Shown here in pieces: positions 32,025-46,442 of a stretch of DNA of 64,000 bases. The notes beneath the pieces are model-generated. The model was not told the DNA's origin, searched no databases, and saw only the letters and a list, made by a program, of their open reading frames with translations. The position numbers were made by a program, and so were the translations under genes. The DNA comes from an uncultured delta proteobacterium (GTDB lineage Bacteria > Myxococcota_A > Polyangia > Polyangiales > Polyangiaceae): contig CAWKAF010000021.1 of assembly GCA_963847465.1 (NCBI GenBank), forward strand, positions 44,134 through 108,133, given 5' to 3'. How positions within the stretch are numbered: the first letter of the stretch is position 1; every line of letters begins with the position of its first letter.

Positions 32025-32151
32025 GCTCGGCGGGAGCCAGCCGGTGCTCGCGTCCGGGCGGGTCCCCCCCGAACTCGCCCCGCCTCACGGCGAGGCTCAG
32101 ACACAGGACCCCCCCACCCGGCCGCTGCGCTCCGGCTGGCTCCCGCCGAGC
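32025..32151 (-). repeat. 127-nt structured intergenic repeat, copy 2 (inverted orientation)
   Basis: This is the reverse complement of the copy-1 consensus. The arms are GCTCGGCGGGAGCCAGCCGG / CCGGCTGGCTCCCGCCGAGC. It starts 24 nt after the stop (31998-32000) of the giant repeat protein. Confidence 0.9.
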
Positions 32152-32304
32152 TGGCGCGTCACACCTATCTCAAAGACAGCGGCGCGAACGAAAGGCCATC
32201 ACCTTGGAATTCATGGCAGCTATTCCGTGAGCGAACTGGGGTACTGGTCGGTTTTGAATCGCGCCGACGCGGGGGCAGGTCTAGTGGGCTACGGTTGGGG
32301 CGAC

Positions 32305-32661
32305 ATGCGCGTCACGGCAGCAGGCGTCATCGCGATGGCCATCGGTTCGAGCGGATGCGGGGGGGTAGTCGCAGGGTCGAGCCATTCAGGCGATGGGGGC
32401 ATCGCTGACGCGATTGTCGAAGGGGATTCCGGTGATAGTCGCCAACCGGAGTCGGGCCTCCCACCCGGCACAGCGCTCGCGGCCTGCATGAGTCTCTGCT
32501 CGGGGGTATGTGACGCAAACGGAGCATGTCACGCTTCGCCGCCGTCTGGTGTGACGTCGTGCGGGTCGACCACCTGCGTTTCGTGTGGTCCACAGCGCAC
32601 CCCTTGCTGTAACCCTAGCGGTCAGTGTTCATGCTCTCCGGCTGTTGGCGTATGCCCGTGA
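32305..32661 (+). CDS. small secreted Cys-rich lipoprotein
   Basis: ATG 32305 inside ORF 32044..32661. MRVTAAGVIAMAIGSSGCGG is a lipobox, followed by a C-terminal segment with 14 Cys (CMSLCSGVCDANGAC...CVSCGPQRTPCCNPSGQCSCSPAVGVCP). Confidence 0.55.
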   Translation: MRVTAAGVIAMAIGSSGCGGVVAGSSHSGDGGIADAIVEGDSGDSRQPESGLPPGTALAACMSLCSGVCDANGACHASPPSGVTSCGSTTCVSCGPQRTPCCNPSGQCSCSPAVGVCP

Positions 32662-32696
32662 ATCCCCGCGGGACCACGACGTCTCGATGACGGCGG

Positions 32697-33056
32697 TCAC
32701 GGCGAGCACGCGAACGTGCCGATGGCTTCCCATCCGGCAGCGCCGCAGGTCCAGTCGGTGCCGCTGCCGCTGTTCGTACAGGCGAAGCACTCAGGGGCCG
32801 GTACGGTCACACGTGCCGGCATCGTCGGGTTCGTTGTGTCGACCGTGCTCGCGACAACACAAGAGCCGCCCGATTCGGCGTTCGTTGGGCACTCCGGCAA
32901 CGTGCGTGAAGCGTCTGCGAGTGACGTGCTGCACGACCATCCGGTACCGGTAGCGGAGCATTGGCCGTCCAATTTGGCGCCCGCGTTGGCACCGCATCCA
33001 GTGGTCTGGACGGCGGCGAGTGCGACTAGGACCGGGAACGCGTTTCGGCAAAACAT
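32697..33056 (-). CDS. small secreted Cys-rich lipoprotein
   Basis: ORF 32697..33056. MFCRNAFPVLVALAAVQTTGCG is a lipobox, and 10 Cys are spread over the mature part. It converges on 32305..32661. Confidence 0.55.
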   Translation of the reverse strand: MFCRNAFPVLVALAAVQTTGCGANAGAKLDGQCSATGTGWSCSTSLADASRTLPECPTNAESGGSCVVASTVDTTNPTMPARVTVPAPECFACTNSGSGTDWTCGAAGWEAIGTFACSP

Positions 33057-33224
33057 GGTCGCGTAGCCTAGCCACGCTCCGTGCCTACGTCACGAGACAC
33101 AGCGCGTCGCGGGCCGGCCAGCGAGCGAAGCCATCGCAATCGCGAGCCTCGCTACCCGGGGAGCGAAGGGAAGAACACGCATCCGCTTCGCTCGCGGACC
33201 GACGCGCCAGTCTTGCAAGAACGA

Positions 33225-33350
33225 GCTCGCCGGGAGCCGCCCGGAGCGCAGCGGCCGGGTGGGGGGGCCTGTGTCTGAGCCCCGCCGTGAGGCGGGCCGA
33301 GTTCGGGGGGGACCCACCCGGACGCGAGCACCGGGCGGCTCCCGGCGAGC
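33225..33350 (+). repeat. structured intergenic repeat, copy 3 (126 nt)
   Basis: It has the same arms as copy 1 and the apical hairpin CCCGCC-GTGA-GGCGGG. It ends 24 nt before the gltD stop codon (33375-33377, minus strand). Confidence 0.9.
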
Positions 33351-33374
33351 GATCGTCCCCTCGTCCCGGACGGT

Positions 33375-34805
33375 TCACCCCGTCTTCGCCAGCGTGTCCC
33401 GCTTCAGAAACGCGTCTACCCCGGCGGCGACGCGCCGCCCGTCGGCGATCGCCCAGACGACGAGCGACTGCCCGCGCGACACGTCGCCCGCGGCAAACAC
33501 ACCCGCCACGCTCGTCGCACCGCTCGCGTCCGTCCGCACGTTGCCGCGCGCGTCGAGCGCCAGCCCGAGCTGCTCGACGATCCCGCCGCGCTCGGGCCCC
33601 ACGAAGCCCATCGCCAGCAGCACGAGCTCGCACGGAATCGACGTCTCCGTCCCCGGCAATCGGCTGACATCTTGCCCGCCCTCGAGCACCACGCGCACCG
33701 CCTCGAGGGCCACCACTCTCCCCGCCTTCGCCCCGGAACGCGCGCGTCGACACGGCCCAGTCGCGCTCGGCGCCCTCCTCCTGCGAGCTCGACGTGCGAA
33801 GCACCAGCGGCCACTCGGGCCACGGGTTGCTCGGCATCCGCACGAGGCTCGGCTTCGGCATCAGCTCGAGCTGCGTCACGCTCGCCGCTCCCTGGCGCAG
33901 CGACGTCCCCACGCAGTCCGACCCCGTGTCGCCGCCGCCGATGACGACGACGCGCTTGCCCGTCGCGAGGATGTCGCCCGCGCCGCGCTCGCTATGCCCT
34001 CCCGCGACGCGGCGGTTCTGCTGCACGAGGAACTCCATCGCGAAGTGCACGCCGCGAAGCTCGCGCCCCGGCATCGGCAGATCGCGCGGCGCGCGCGCGC
34101 CCATCGCCAGAAGCACGGCGTCGAAATCGTGCAGGAGCTGCTCGCCGCGCACGTCGACACCCACCGCAACGCCCGACGCGGAAGCGGACGCCCTCGGCCG
34201 TCATCTGCTCGACGCGCGCGTCGATGATCTCCTTCTCCATCTTGAAGTCGGGGATCCCGTAGCGCAGGAGCCCGCCCGATGCGATCGTCGCGCTCGAAGA
34301 GCGACGACGTCGTGCCCCGCGCGCGCCAGCTGCTGCGCGGCCGCGAGGCCGGCGGGACCCGAGCCCACGACCGCCACGCGCTTGCCCGTCCGCGCGCTCG
34401 CGTGCTGCGGCACGAGGGGCTCGCTCGAATACGTGGTCCGCGATCGTCCGCTCGATCGTCTTGATCGTCACCGGCTCGCCGCGCAGGTTGAGCACGCACG
34501 ACGCCTCGCACGGCGCGGGGCAGACGCGCCCCGTGACCTCGGGGAAGTTGTTCGTCGCGGCCAGCCGCTGCGCGGCCTCGTCGTGCTTGCCCCGGTGCAC
34601 CAGATCGTTCCACTCGGGGATCAGGTTGCCGAGCGGGCAGCCCTGGTGACAGAACGGAATGCCGCAGTCCATGCAGCGCGACGCCTGCGCGCGCACCTGA
34701 TCCTCGGGCGGCGCGGATCGATGATCTCGCGCCAGTCGCTGCACGCGCTCGTCGATCGGACGCTCGTCCTCCTCCACGCGAGGAACCTTCAGAAAACCTT
34801 CGGGA

Positions 34806-34813
<8 letters not shown>
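33375..34813 (-). pseudogene. gltD: glutamate synthase (NADPH) small subunit, interrupted by at least 4 frameshifts as assembled
   Basis: Fragments in three frames are collinear with GltD. They are MGDPEGFLKV...CMDCGIPFCHQGCPLGNLIPEWNDLV (Fe-S motif), [69 protein letters not shown] and the C-terminal [28 protein letters not shown] 34813 overlaps the gltB stop (ATGGGTGA). Confidence 0.85.
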
Positions 34814-39383
<4,570 letters not shown>

Positions 39384-39536
39384 GGCGGTCTGAAGTATAG
39401 AGACAATGACGCGCCGCGCCAGCAGGTTGTTTGAGTGATGGTTCGAGTGATCACCAGGGGCACCCTGAGCCTCGCTCCGCCTCGACTCGCTTCGCTCGCT
39501 CGGCTCCGCTGCGGCGGGCCTGTCGTGCACGTCACG

Positions 39537-39565
39537 TAGAGGGGAGCGACGGCCGCTCCCCTCTA
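39537..39565. terminator. perfect 12-bp-stem hairpin downstream of pilQ
   Basis: TAGAGGGGAGCG-ACGGC-CGCTCCCCTCTA lies about 120 nt after the pilQ stop and about 155 nt upstream of the gltB start on the minus strand. No U-tract is present. Confidence 0.4.
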
Positions 39566-39682
39566 GCTCCCCAGCCGGGAGACCACGTGGAGGCGGGGCG
39601 GCGAGCGAAAGCATGGGTTCCCTTTCCGTCGGGGGAACTCATCGCAATGGCTCACCATTCGTTCGGACGCTTCGGACAACGA

Positions 39683-42080
39683 CTAGCGGCCTAGGGCCTC
39701 GGCTCGGTTCACGATGCGGGGGGTGAGGAAGATGATGAGCTCGTTCCGGGCGTCGCTGGCCGTGCGGTGCTGGAAGAGGATGCCCGAGGATGGGGATGTC
39801 GCCGAAGAAGGGGACCTGGCTCGAGGTTACGGCCGGTGTTGCGCGTGTAGATGCCGCCGATGACCGCCGTGTGGCCGTCCATGACGAGGAGATCGGTCTC
39901 GGCCTCGCGCTTGAGGATGGTCGGAGCGCCGTTCGCGCGCGGTCTGGTTGAAGTTGGGCTCGTCGCGGTTCAGCTTCACGTGCATCGAGACCGAGCCGTC
40001 GGCGGTGACGTGCGGCTTGACGAGGAGCTGCAGCTTGGCTTCCTGGAACGTCGTCTGCACGCCCAGCGCGCTGACCTGCGAGTACGGGATGAGCGTGCCC
40101 TGGTTGATGCGCGCCTCCTTGTTGTCGAGGACCATGACGCGCGGCGCGCTCACGATGCGCACGAGGCCGCTGGACTCGCGCCGCCGAGAGGCGCACGCTC
40201 AGGTTGAGGGCGTTGTCGATCGATCCGAACGACATGCCGAGCGCGCCGCCGGCCCCGGTGCCGACCGCGGCCGGGAGGTTGACGGCGAAGTTCGGCGTCG
40301 CGACGGTCCGCGCTGAAGGGCGAGATGCCGGCCGTCGGGCGTGTTGTTGTCGTAGTTGCCGCCGGCCGCCGAGACGCTCGACGGGAAGGCGACGCCCGTC
40401 GGGTTGCCGGTCGCGGGACTGAAGGTCGTGTCGCCGCCCCACTGGATGCCGACGTCGCGCGTTGTAGCTGCTCGTCGCCTCGACGATGCGCGCCTCGATG
40501 AGCACCTGCGCCGTCTGCGTGTCGAGCGAGCGGACGAGCTCTTCGATGTAGTTGAGGTTCGCCGCGATGTCGCGCGCGATGAGGACGTTGGTGCGCTCGT
40601 CGACCGCGATCGACCCGCGCGGCGAGAGCAGCTCCTTCGCGCGCGCCTGCAGCTCGTCGGCCTGCGCGTAGCTGATCGGGATGAGGCGCGTCTCGAGCGG
40701 GCGTCAGCTCGAACTCCTGCTTCTGCTGCGGCGAGCTTCAGCTCGCGCTCCTTCTGGAGCTGCGCGAGCGGCGCGACGCGGATGAGGTTGCCCTGCGCGG
40801 ACCATGCCGAGGCCCTTGGCCTGGAGGACGACGTCGAGCACCTGGTCCCACGGGACGTTGCGCATCCGGATGGTGATCGTTCCGCTCACGTCGTCGGCCG
40901 TGACGATGTTCACGTGCCCGGTGTCCGCGAGGAGGCGCAGGACGTTGTGGATGTCGGCGTCCTTGAGGTCGATGTCGATGCGCCGGCCCGTAGTAGCGCT
41001 GCTGCGCGAGGACGGCCGCGCGTTGACCGTCGTGAAGCCCGCGGCGCCGCCCTGCGCCGTCTCGACCTGGGGGATCCTCGTCGTGGATGGACGTCTCGAT
41101 GCGCGGCAGGTCCGCGACCGGCGCTTCGCGCGCCACCGTGACCACGCTACGGATGGCACCGCCGTCCTTGCCCACCGCGCGGCCGTCGATGTGGACTGAC
41201 GCGATCGGCTGGGGCGCGCCCATCACCTTCGGGGCCGGGAACGACCACACGAGGCTGCCCCCTTCGACGAGGACGGTGCCCGGCGCGTCGCTCGCGCGAT
41301 CGAGCTCGAGCGTCGTGGATCCGGCTGGTCGCGTCGTGCGACGCGGTGATCGACTTGAGCGAGCCCCGGTACTGCGACACGTCGAGCGTGCGCCGCGAGA
41401 GCCTCGGGCAGACCGGTCCCGCGGAGCTCGAGCCGGAGGTTGCCGCTGGCTGACGTCGACAGCGAATAGGTCGGGATGCTGCCGAGGTCGACGACGACGC
41501 GATCGCACCCGTTGGGGGCGCACCCTGTCACGGTCGCGGGAGAGCGCTCGAAGCGCACGTCGCGGACGGCGCCCGCCGCGGACGGCGTCGGAGGTGCCTG
41601 CGCCCGACTGAGCACGGGATCGCGGGGCCGCTCGGGGCGATGCGGACCTCGAGCGTGGAACCGTTGGCGACGACGCGATAGGTCGACGCGCGCTGCAAGC
41701 TGATCGTCAGCGCGCGTCATCGGACCCGAGCCCGTCGGGTACGACTGCGTCAGGACGCCGCCGACGACGCCGACGGGCGTGGTGATCGCGGCGGGTGCTC
41801 CGACCACGTCGGATTCGCTCAGGTCGACGAAGAGCCGCGCGCCGCCGTCGGCGACGCGAACGTTGTAAGCGGGTGCACCCGTGCCCACGATCTCGATCCG
41901 CGCACCGCCCGTCACGCCGTCGTCGGGAAGCACCTGAACGTCGCGGACGTGATTCGCGGTCACGTCAGCCGCAGCGACCGACCCGCAGAGGAGGACGCTG
42001 GCGGCAAGGCTCGCCGACCCAAGCGTCGCCATGCCCCTGCGAAGGACGGCGGCATACAAAAGCGATTTCGTCCAACGCAT
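39683..42080 (-). pseudogene. pilQ: type IV pilus secretin PilQ, interrupted by about 10 or more frameshifts as assembled
   Basis: The start at 42080 is followed by a signal peptide and AMIN-like repeats (VRDVQVLPDDGVTGGARIEIVGTG..., VRDVRFERSP...). Next comes the N0/N1-like RRIDIDLKDADIHNVLRLLADTGHVNIVTADDVSGTITIRMRNVPWDQVLDVVL. The secretin core follows (VLIEARIVEATSSY, RIVSAPRVMVLDNKEARINQGTLIPY, VPFFGDIPILG). The reconstructed end is ...RIVNRAEALGR-TAG at 39683-39685. Confidence 0.85.
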
Positions 42081-42198
42081 GTTGGCTCCTGGCGTCCCCC
42101 GGGAACGGCCGACGGGATCGCTGCGACAACGGTAGAACGGGCGATCCGAAAGGGACCAATTTGTGGCTATCGCGCGCCCTCGCGACTCCCGCGCGCGC

Positions 42199-42798
42199 TC
42201 AGCCCGGAATGAACCCCTCGGCTTCCTTCTGCGCTTCGGGGTGCAGGGGGATGACCCGCGTGGCGGGGGGAATCGCGGGCTGCGCGGGATCTTCGCGGAT
42301 GAGGACGACGTCGCCGTCGCGAATCCGATCGACGCGCCAGTTGAGCTGGTACTCGGGGCCGTTGCTGCCGCCGACGTGCACGACCTCGGAGCGGCACACG
42401 AACGTCCCCTTGTAGACGACCGTGCCCTTGCCGCTCGGGTCGAGGAACATGGCGCGATTCTGCTCGGTGCCGAGGACGATGGCGACGAGCTTCAGTTCGT
42501 CGATCGAATACTGCGCGAGCTCCACCTTGCGCTGGTTGAGAGCCTCCCGGTTCACGGCCTGGTTCTGGACCATGAAGCTCCGGAACGGGTCGCGATTGCG
42601 ATCGCTCTCGACGAAGTCGTTCTCGGTGTATTCGGGCCCCTTGAGCTCGGGGGGAAGCCCCGACGCGCTCGCCGCCGCGGCGGCCGCGGGCGCCGTTCGG
42701 CTGGGCGGGGGGGGCGGCGCGGTCGGCGAGGAGCCACCGCACGCGAATGCAAGCGGCAGGGCCGACAGCGCGAACAGGCAGGCCAATCGGGTCTTCAC
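42199..42798 (-). CDS. pilP: type IV pilus assembly lipoprotein PilP
   Basis: GTG 42798 is preceded by AGGAG. VKTRLACLFALSALPLAFAC is a lipobox, followed by a Pro/Ala linker and a conserved C-terminal domain (DPFRSF...LAQYSIDELKLVAIV...AMFLDPSGKGTVVYKG). The start overlaps the pilO stop (GTGA). The frame is intact. Confidence 0.75.
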   Translation of the reverse strand: MKTRLACLFALSALPLAFACGGSSPTAPPPPPSRTAPAAAAAASASGLPPELKGPEYTENDFVESDRNRDPFRSFMVQNQAVNREALNQRKVELAQYSIDELKLVAIVLGTEQNRAMFLDPSGKGTVVYKGTFVCRSEVVHVGGSNGPEYQLNWRVDRIRDGDVVLIREDPAQPAIPPATRVIPLHPEAQKEAEGFIPG

Positions 42799-43431
42799 TT
42801 TGCCGCTCCTGTCGCGGCGGGCGCGGGCGCGGGCGCGCCTGGGCCGCGGGGCGCTTCTTTGGGCTTGAGCGCGTGGAACGCCGTCGCGAGGCACGAGCCA
42901 TTCAGGATGATTTCGTCGCCGACCATGTGCGGGTCGCCCAGCTGGATGTTCTCGACGTTGATGATGCGGTCCACCTTGCCGAGCTCGTACGCGAACTTGG
43001 CGATCTGGTGGAACTTGCCCGACATCTGGAGCTTCATCGGCACCTTGGCGTAGAAGCTCTGGGTTATCTCCTCGGTCGGCGAGTAGGCCTTGAGGTCGAT
43101 CCCCGCCGCGTTGGACGCCTGCTGGACGCTCGAGAGGAAGGCGTCCTCCTGCGATTCGGCCGGCAAGACCTTGTTGAGCTCCCGTGCCCGCTGCTCGCGC
43201 AAGGCGAGCTCGCCGCGGTCGGCGAAGTAGGTCGCCTGCGCCTGCTCTTGCTGCGCGAGCTCGTCGCGCATCGATTTCTTCTGCCGCTGCGCGCCTTCGA
43301 TCTTGCTGGCGACGTCGGAGTAGAAGACGAACCAGTAGCGCGAAGAAGAGGACGGCGACGACGCCTGCGCCGATGCCTGCCTTGGCGGCGGTCGGCAGCT
43401 TCGTAAGGGCACTCGGGACCGGGGCCGCCAT
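42795..43431 (-). pseudogene. pilO: type IV pilus assembly protein PilO, one frameshift near 43335
   Basis: MAAPVPSALTKLPTAAKAGIGAGVVAVLFFA (ATG 43431, TM segment) joins after a shift to YWFVFYSDVASKIEGAQRQKK...LPAESQEDAFLSSVQQASNAAGIDLKAYSP...VPMKLQMSGKFHQIAKFAYELGKVDRIINVENI. The gene order M-N-O-P-Q supports the call. Confidence 0.75.
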
Positions 43432-43432
43432 C

Positions 43433-44080
43433 TCAGTACCTCACCTTCGCGCTGAGCTCGAAGCGAAAGAGCTCTTGGCGCCTGATCGACGATCTTCGTC
43501 CCGGGCAGAAGCTTCACGTCGCTGAAGTAGTCGCTGAGCTTGAGGCGTCGCTCGAGCTCGCTCACGTCGTCGCCGTCGCGGGCGAGGCCGGCGAGCTTCA
43601 CGACGCGCTCGGACTCCTGGTAACCAGTCAGCCAGAGCCGCCGCGCGTCCCAGTTGGGATTGAAGACCTCCGCCGGGTTGTCGCGCTTCATCTGTTCGAG
43701 CTTGTCGCGATCGGTCGTCGGGGCGCGTCCAGGCGTCAGCACGTGCGCGAGCTCGAGGAGCGTCGACGTCGGGCCCGGTCCGCGCCGGACTGGAGCTTCT
43801 GGATCGCCTCTTCGCGTTCGCGCAGCTCCTTGAGCCGCTCTTTGATCTGCGGATGGTCGGCGATCTGCTGCTTGATGGCGTCGATCTGACCCTGGGTCCG
43901 CGCGTTCTCCGCGAGGATCCCGGCGAGCTCGTCTTCTTTCAGCTTCTGGATGAAGAGGCACACGATGATCGTCGCGACGAAGGCGCCCATCACCGCGATG
44001 AGCCAGAACTGCGTCGGCTCGGCCGCGCCCTTGGCGCGCGCCGCTTGCCGCTTGTCGGGCAGAAGGTTTACGCGGACCAT
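43433..44080 (-). pseudogene. pilN: type IV pilus assembly protein PilN, at least 2 frameshifts
   Basis: ATG 44080 gives MVRVNLLPDKRQ (the PilN signature start), a TM segment (FWLIAVMGAFVATIIVCLFI) and a coiled-coil part. Shifts occur near ~43775 and ~43480. The reconstructed end is ...ELFRFELSAKVRY-TGA at 43433-43435, 1 nt before the pilO ATG. Confidence 0.7.
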
Positions 44081-45137
44081 TGCCGGCGCTCCTTGTCGCA
44101 GCGCAAGGACAGGCCCAGCGCGACCACCATCTGCGCCGACGTCGCGCGGAGCTGCTGCTTCGTTGACGTACTTGGCGTCGACCGCGAGGTTCACCATGGG
44201 GTCGAAGAGCTGCACTGGCACCCGCGCGCGACGCTCGATGGCCTGCACGAGCGGGGCGAGGTAGGCGCTCCCGCCGGAGACGTAGATGCTTGCCTATCTC
44301 CTGCTCGCCGCTCGTCGCGAGGAAGAAGTCGAGCGAGCGCTGGATCTCGCCGGCGAGCGCCTGCGCAGGCCTGGCCGACGATCTGCGTCACTTCTTGCGG
44401 GACGATCTGCGGTCGCGCCGCCGCCGTGCTTGTACGCCTCGGCCTGCTCGTACGAGCACGACAGGGCCTTGCGGATCTCCTCGGTGATCGAGTTGCCGGC
44501 GTTGGTGATCTCGCGCGTGAACGCGCTCACTCCCTTGGCCACGATGTTCGAGCGACGAGACGGCGGCGCCGATGTTGAGGAGCGCGATCGTGCCGTCGGC
44601 CGGGAGGCCGTACTGGTGCTCGAAGATGTTCTGGACGGTGAACGCGTTGATGTCCACGATGACGGGCTTGAGCTTCGCCTCGCGGAGGATCGCCGCGTAG
44701 TCGTTGATCTCGTCCTTCTTGGCGGCGACGAGGAGCAAATCCATCTGGCCGGCTTCCGGACGCCGGCGCAGGACCTCGTAGTCGATCGACATGAGCTTGA
44801 TGTCGAAGGGGATGTGCTGCTCGGCCTCCCAGTGGATCTGCTCGTCGAGCTCATTGGGGGTCATCATCGGCACCGTGATCTTGCGCACGATGACGCTCTG
44901 GCCGTAGACGCCGATGGCGACGTCCCTCTGCGAGATCTTGCCGTCGTGGAAGATGCGCGCGAGCGCTTCGGTCACCGCGCCGGAGTTCATGACGTGGCCG
45001 TCGATGATCGTCTGGGCCGGGAGGGGCGACCAACCCGAGCGGATCACCTGCAACTTCTTGCGCGACTCCTTGAGCTGCACGACCTTGATCGAGCTCGCGC
45101 CGATGTCGACGCCGACGAGGTTTTTTCCTTCGGCCAT
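44068..45137 (-). pseudogene. pilM: type IV pilus assembly ATPase-fold protein PilM, about 5 frameshifts
   Basis: ATG 45137 gives MAEGKNLVGVDIGASSIKVVQLK (actin-like fold start). Further fragments are NIVAKGVSAFTREITNAGNSITEEI, PQIVPQEVTQIVGQ, AQALAGEIQRSLDFFLATSG and IYVSGGSAYLAPLVQAIERRARVPVQLFDP. The end is QQLRATSAQMVVALGLSLRCDKERRQWSA-TAA at 44068-44070, overlapping the pilN start. Confidence 0.85.
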
Positions 45138-45313
45138 GCTTGTCCTGGCGAAGCAGCGTCCACGAGCGCGGGCGCGTGCTCCGGAAGAAGTGTGACACCC
45201 CGAAAAGTGCCGCGTCAAAAAAGGCGGGGCCCCCACCTTTGGCTCAGTCCATCCTCGACTGGCCAGGCGGCGGCATTCGGGATACGCCTGCCCTCGCTTT
45301 GCGCCCGAGATCC

Positions 45314-46246
45314 ATGGCCCTGGCCATCGCGCTCGCCGCGATCGTCGCGGCCGTCGCGGCAGCGGCCCCGGCGCGCGCCGACGTCATCCACGTCGTGCAG
45401 CACGGGCACACGATCGAGGCCATCGCGCACCGCTACCACGTGACGGTCAAGGCCATCATCGACGCCAACCACCTCAAAGACCCCAAGCACCTCAAGCCGG
45501 GCCAGGCTCTCGTCATCCCCGGCGTCGACGGTCCGAAGAAGAAGGCCGAAAAGCCGACCGACAAGGCAGAGAAGGCCGCCCACGAGACGGGCCATACGCC
45601 GCCGCCTCGGATGGCCGCCGCGAAGGAGAATGACCGCCCGGAGCACCTCGAGAGCGGCACCGTCCACGCCGTGCGGCTGGGCGAGGAGTTCCGCATCCGG
45701 ATGCGGGACGCCCACGGCCACCTTCCGCCGAACGCGATCAAGGCGTTCGAGCACCTGATGCGCCAAGGCAACGCGATGCACGCACCCGACCCGCGACTTT
45801 TGGCGCTCGTGGGCATCGTGTCCAACCACTTCGGCAACAAGGTGATCGAGGTGGTCAGCGGCTACAGGGCCTACACGCCCACGCAGTACTCGCCCCACTC
45901 GAACCACAACTACGGCCGGGCGCTCGACTTCCGGATCCGCGGCGTCAGTAACGAATCCCTCCGCGACTTCTGCCGCACGCTCCGGAGCGCGGGATGCGGC
46001 TACTACCCGAACAGCACCTTCGTGCACCTCGACGTTCGCGACACCAAGGCCTACTGGGTCGACCGCTCCCGTCCGGGCGAGCCTCCCAAGTACGACAAGC
46101 CAGGCGTCGCCGCGGACGAGGGGGCGAGGGACGTTCCGACCGAGGCGAACGAGGTGCCCGACGAGAGCGAGAAGGCCGGCGGGGCGCCGGAACCGTCGCC
46201 CGCCATCTCCCCGCGGGCGAAACCCTCCCCTGGGTCAATCCAATGA
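45314..46246 (+). CDS. secreted LysM-domain protein with a peptidase M15A / DUF882 (YcbK-like) domain
   Basis: ATG 45314 inside ORF 45140..46246. It has a signal peptide (MALAIALAAIVAAVAAAAPARA) and a LysM domain (VVQHGHTIEAIAHRYHVTVKAIIDANHLKDPKHLKPGQALVIP). Zn-ligand motifs are present: SGYR...HSNHNYGRALDF and FVHLDVR. Confidence 0.75.
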   Translation: MALAIALAAIVAAVAAAAPARADVIHVVQHGHTIEAIAHRYHVTVKAIIDANHLKDPKHLKPGQALVIPGVDGPKKKAEKPTDKAEKAAHETGHTPPPRMAAAKENDRPEHLESGTVHAVRLGEEFRIRMRDAHGHLPPNAIKAFEHLMRQGNAMHAPDPRLLALVGIVSNHFGNKVIEVVSGYRAYTPTQYSPHSNHNYGRALDFRIRGVSNESLRDFCRTLRSAGCGYYPNSTFVHLDVRDTKAYWVDRSRPGEPPKYDKPGVAADEGARDVPTEANEVPDESEKAGGAPEPSPAISPRAKPSPGSIQ

Positions 46247-46401
46247 CGTTGGGGTGATTCTGACTCGCCCACTCGTTTGGCGGAAAGACGAGTGAAGACA
46301 GGTACAAGCCGGGTTGTCGACCCGCTCGAGGTGGGTCAAGACCACTACGCCCAGGGAACATGGCGATGGCGTAACCGCTTGGAATCGACTCGCACCGCGA
46401 C

Positions 46402-46417
46402 TGGCACGGCGCCCGCA
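46402..46417 (+). promoter_or_regulatory. candidate sigma-54 (-24/-12) promoter
   Basis: TGGCACGGCGCCCGCA compared with the consensus TGGCAC-N5-TTGCW. The -24 hexamer is perfect and GC is at the correct -12 spacing. It lies 26 nt upstream of ATG 46443, with GGAGAG in between as a Shine-Dalgarno sequence. Confidence 0.35.
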
Positions 46418-46442
46418 ATAGGCCCTGCACCGGAGAGCGAAC

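Noticed and set aside
39470-39535. Possible degenerate fourth copy of the 127-nt repeat (shares CTGAGCCTCGC and GGCCTGT)
   Set aside because: The similarity is limited to two short GC-rich words. The long inverted arms and the inner stem are absent.
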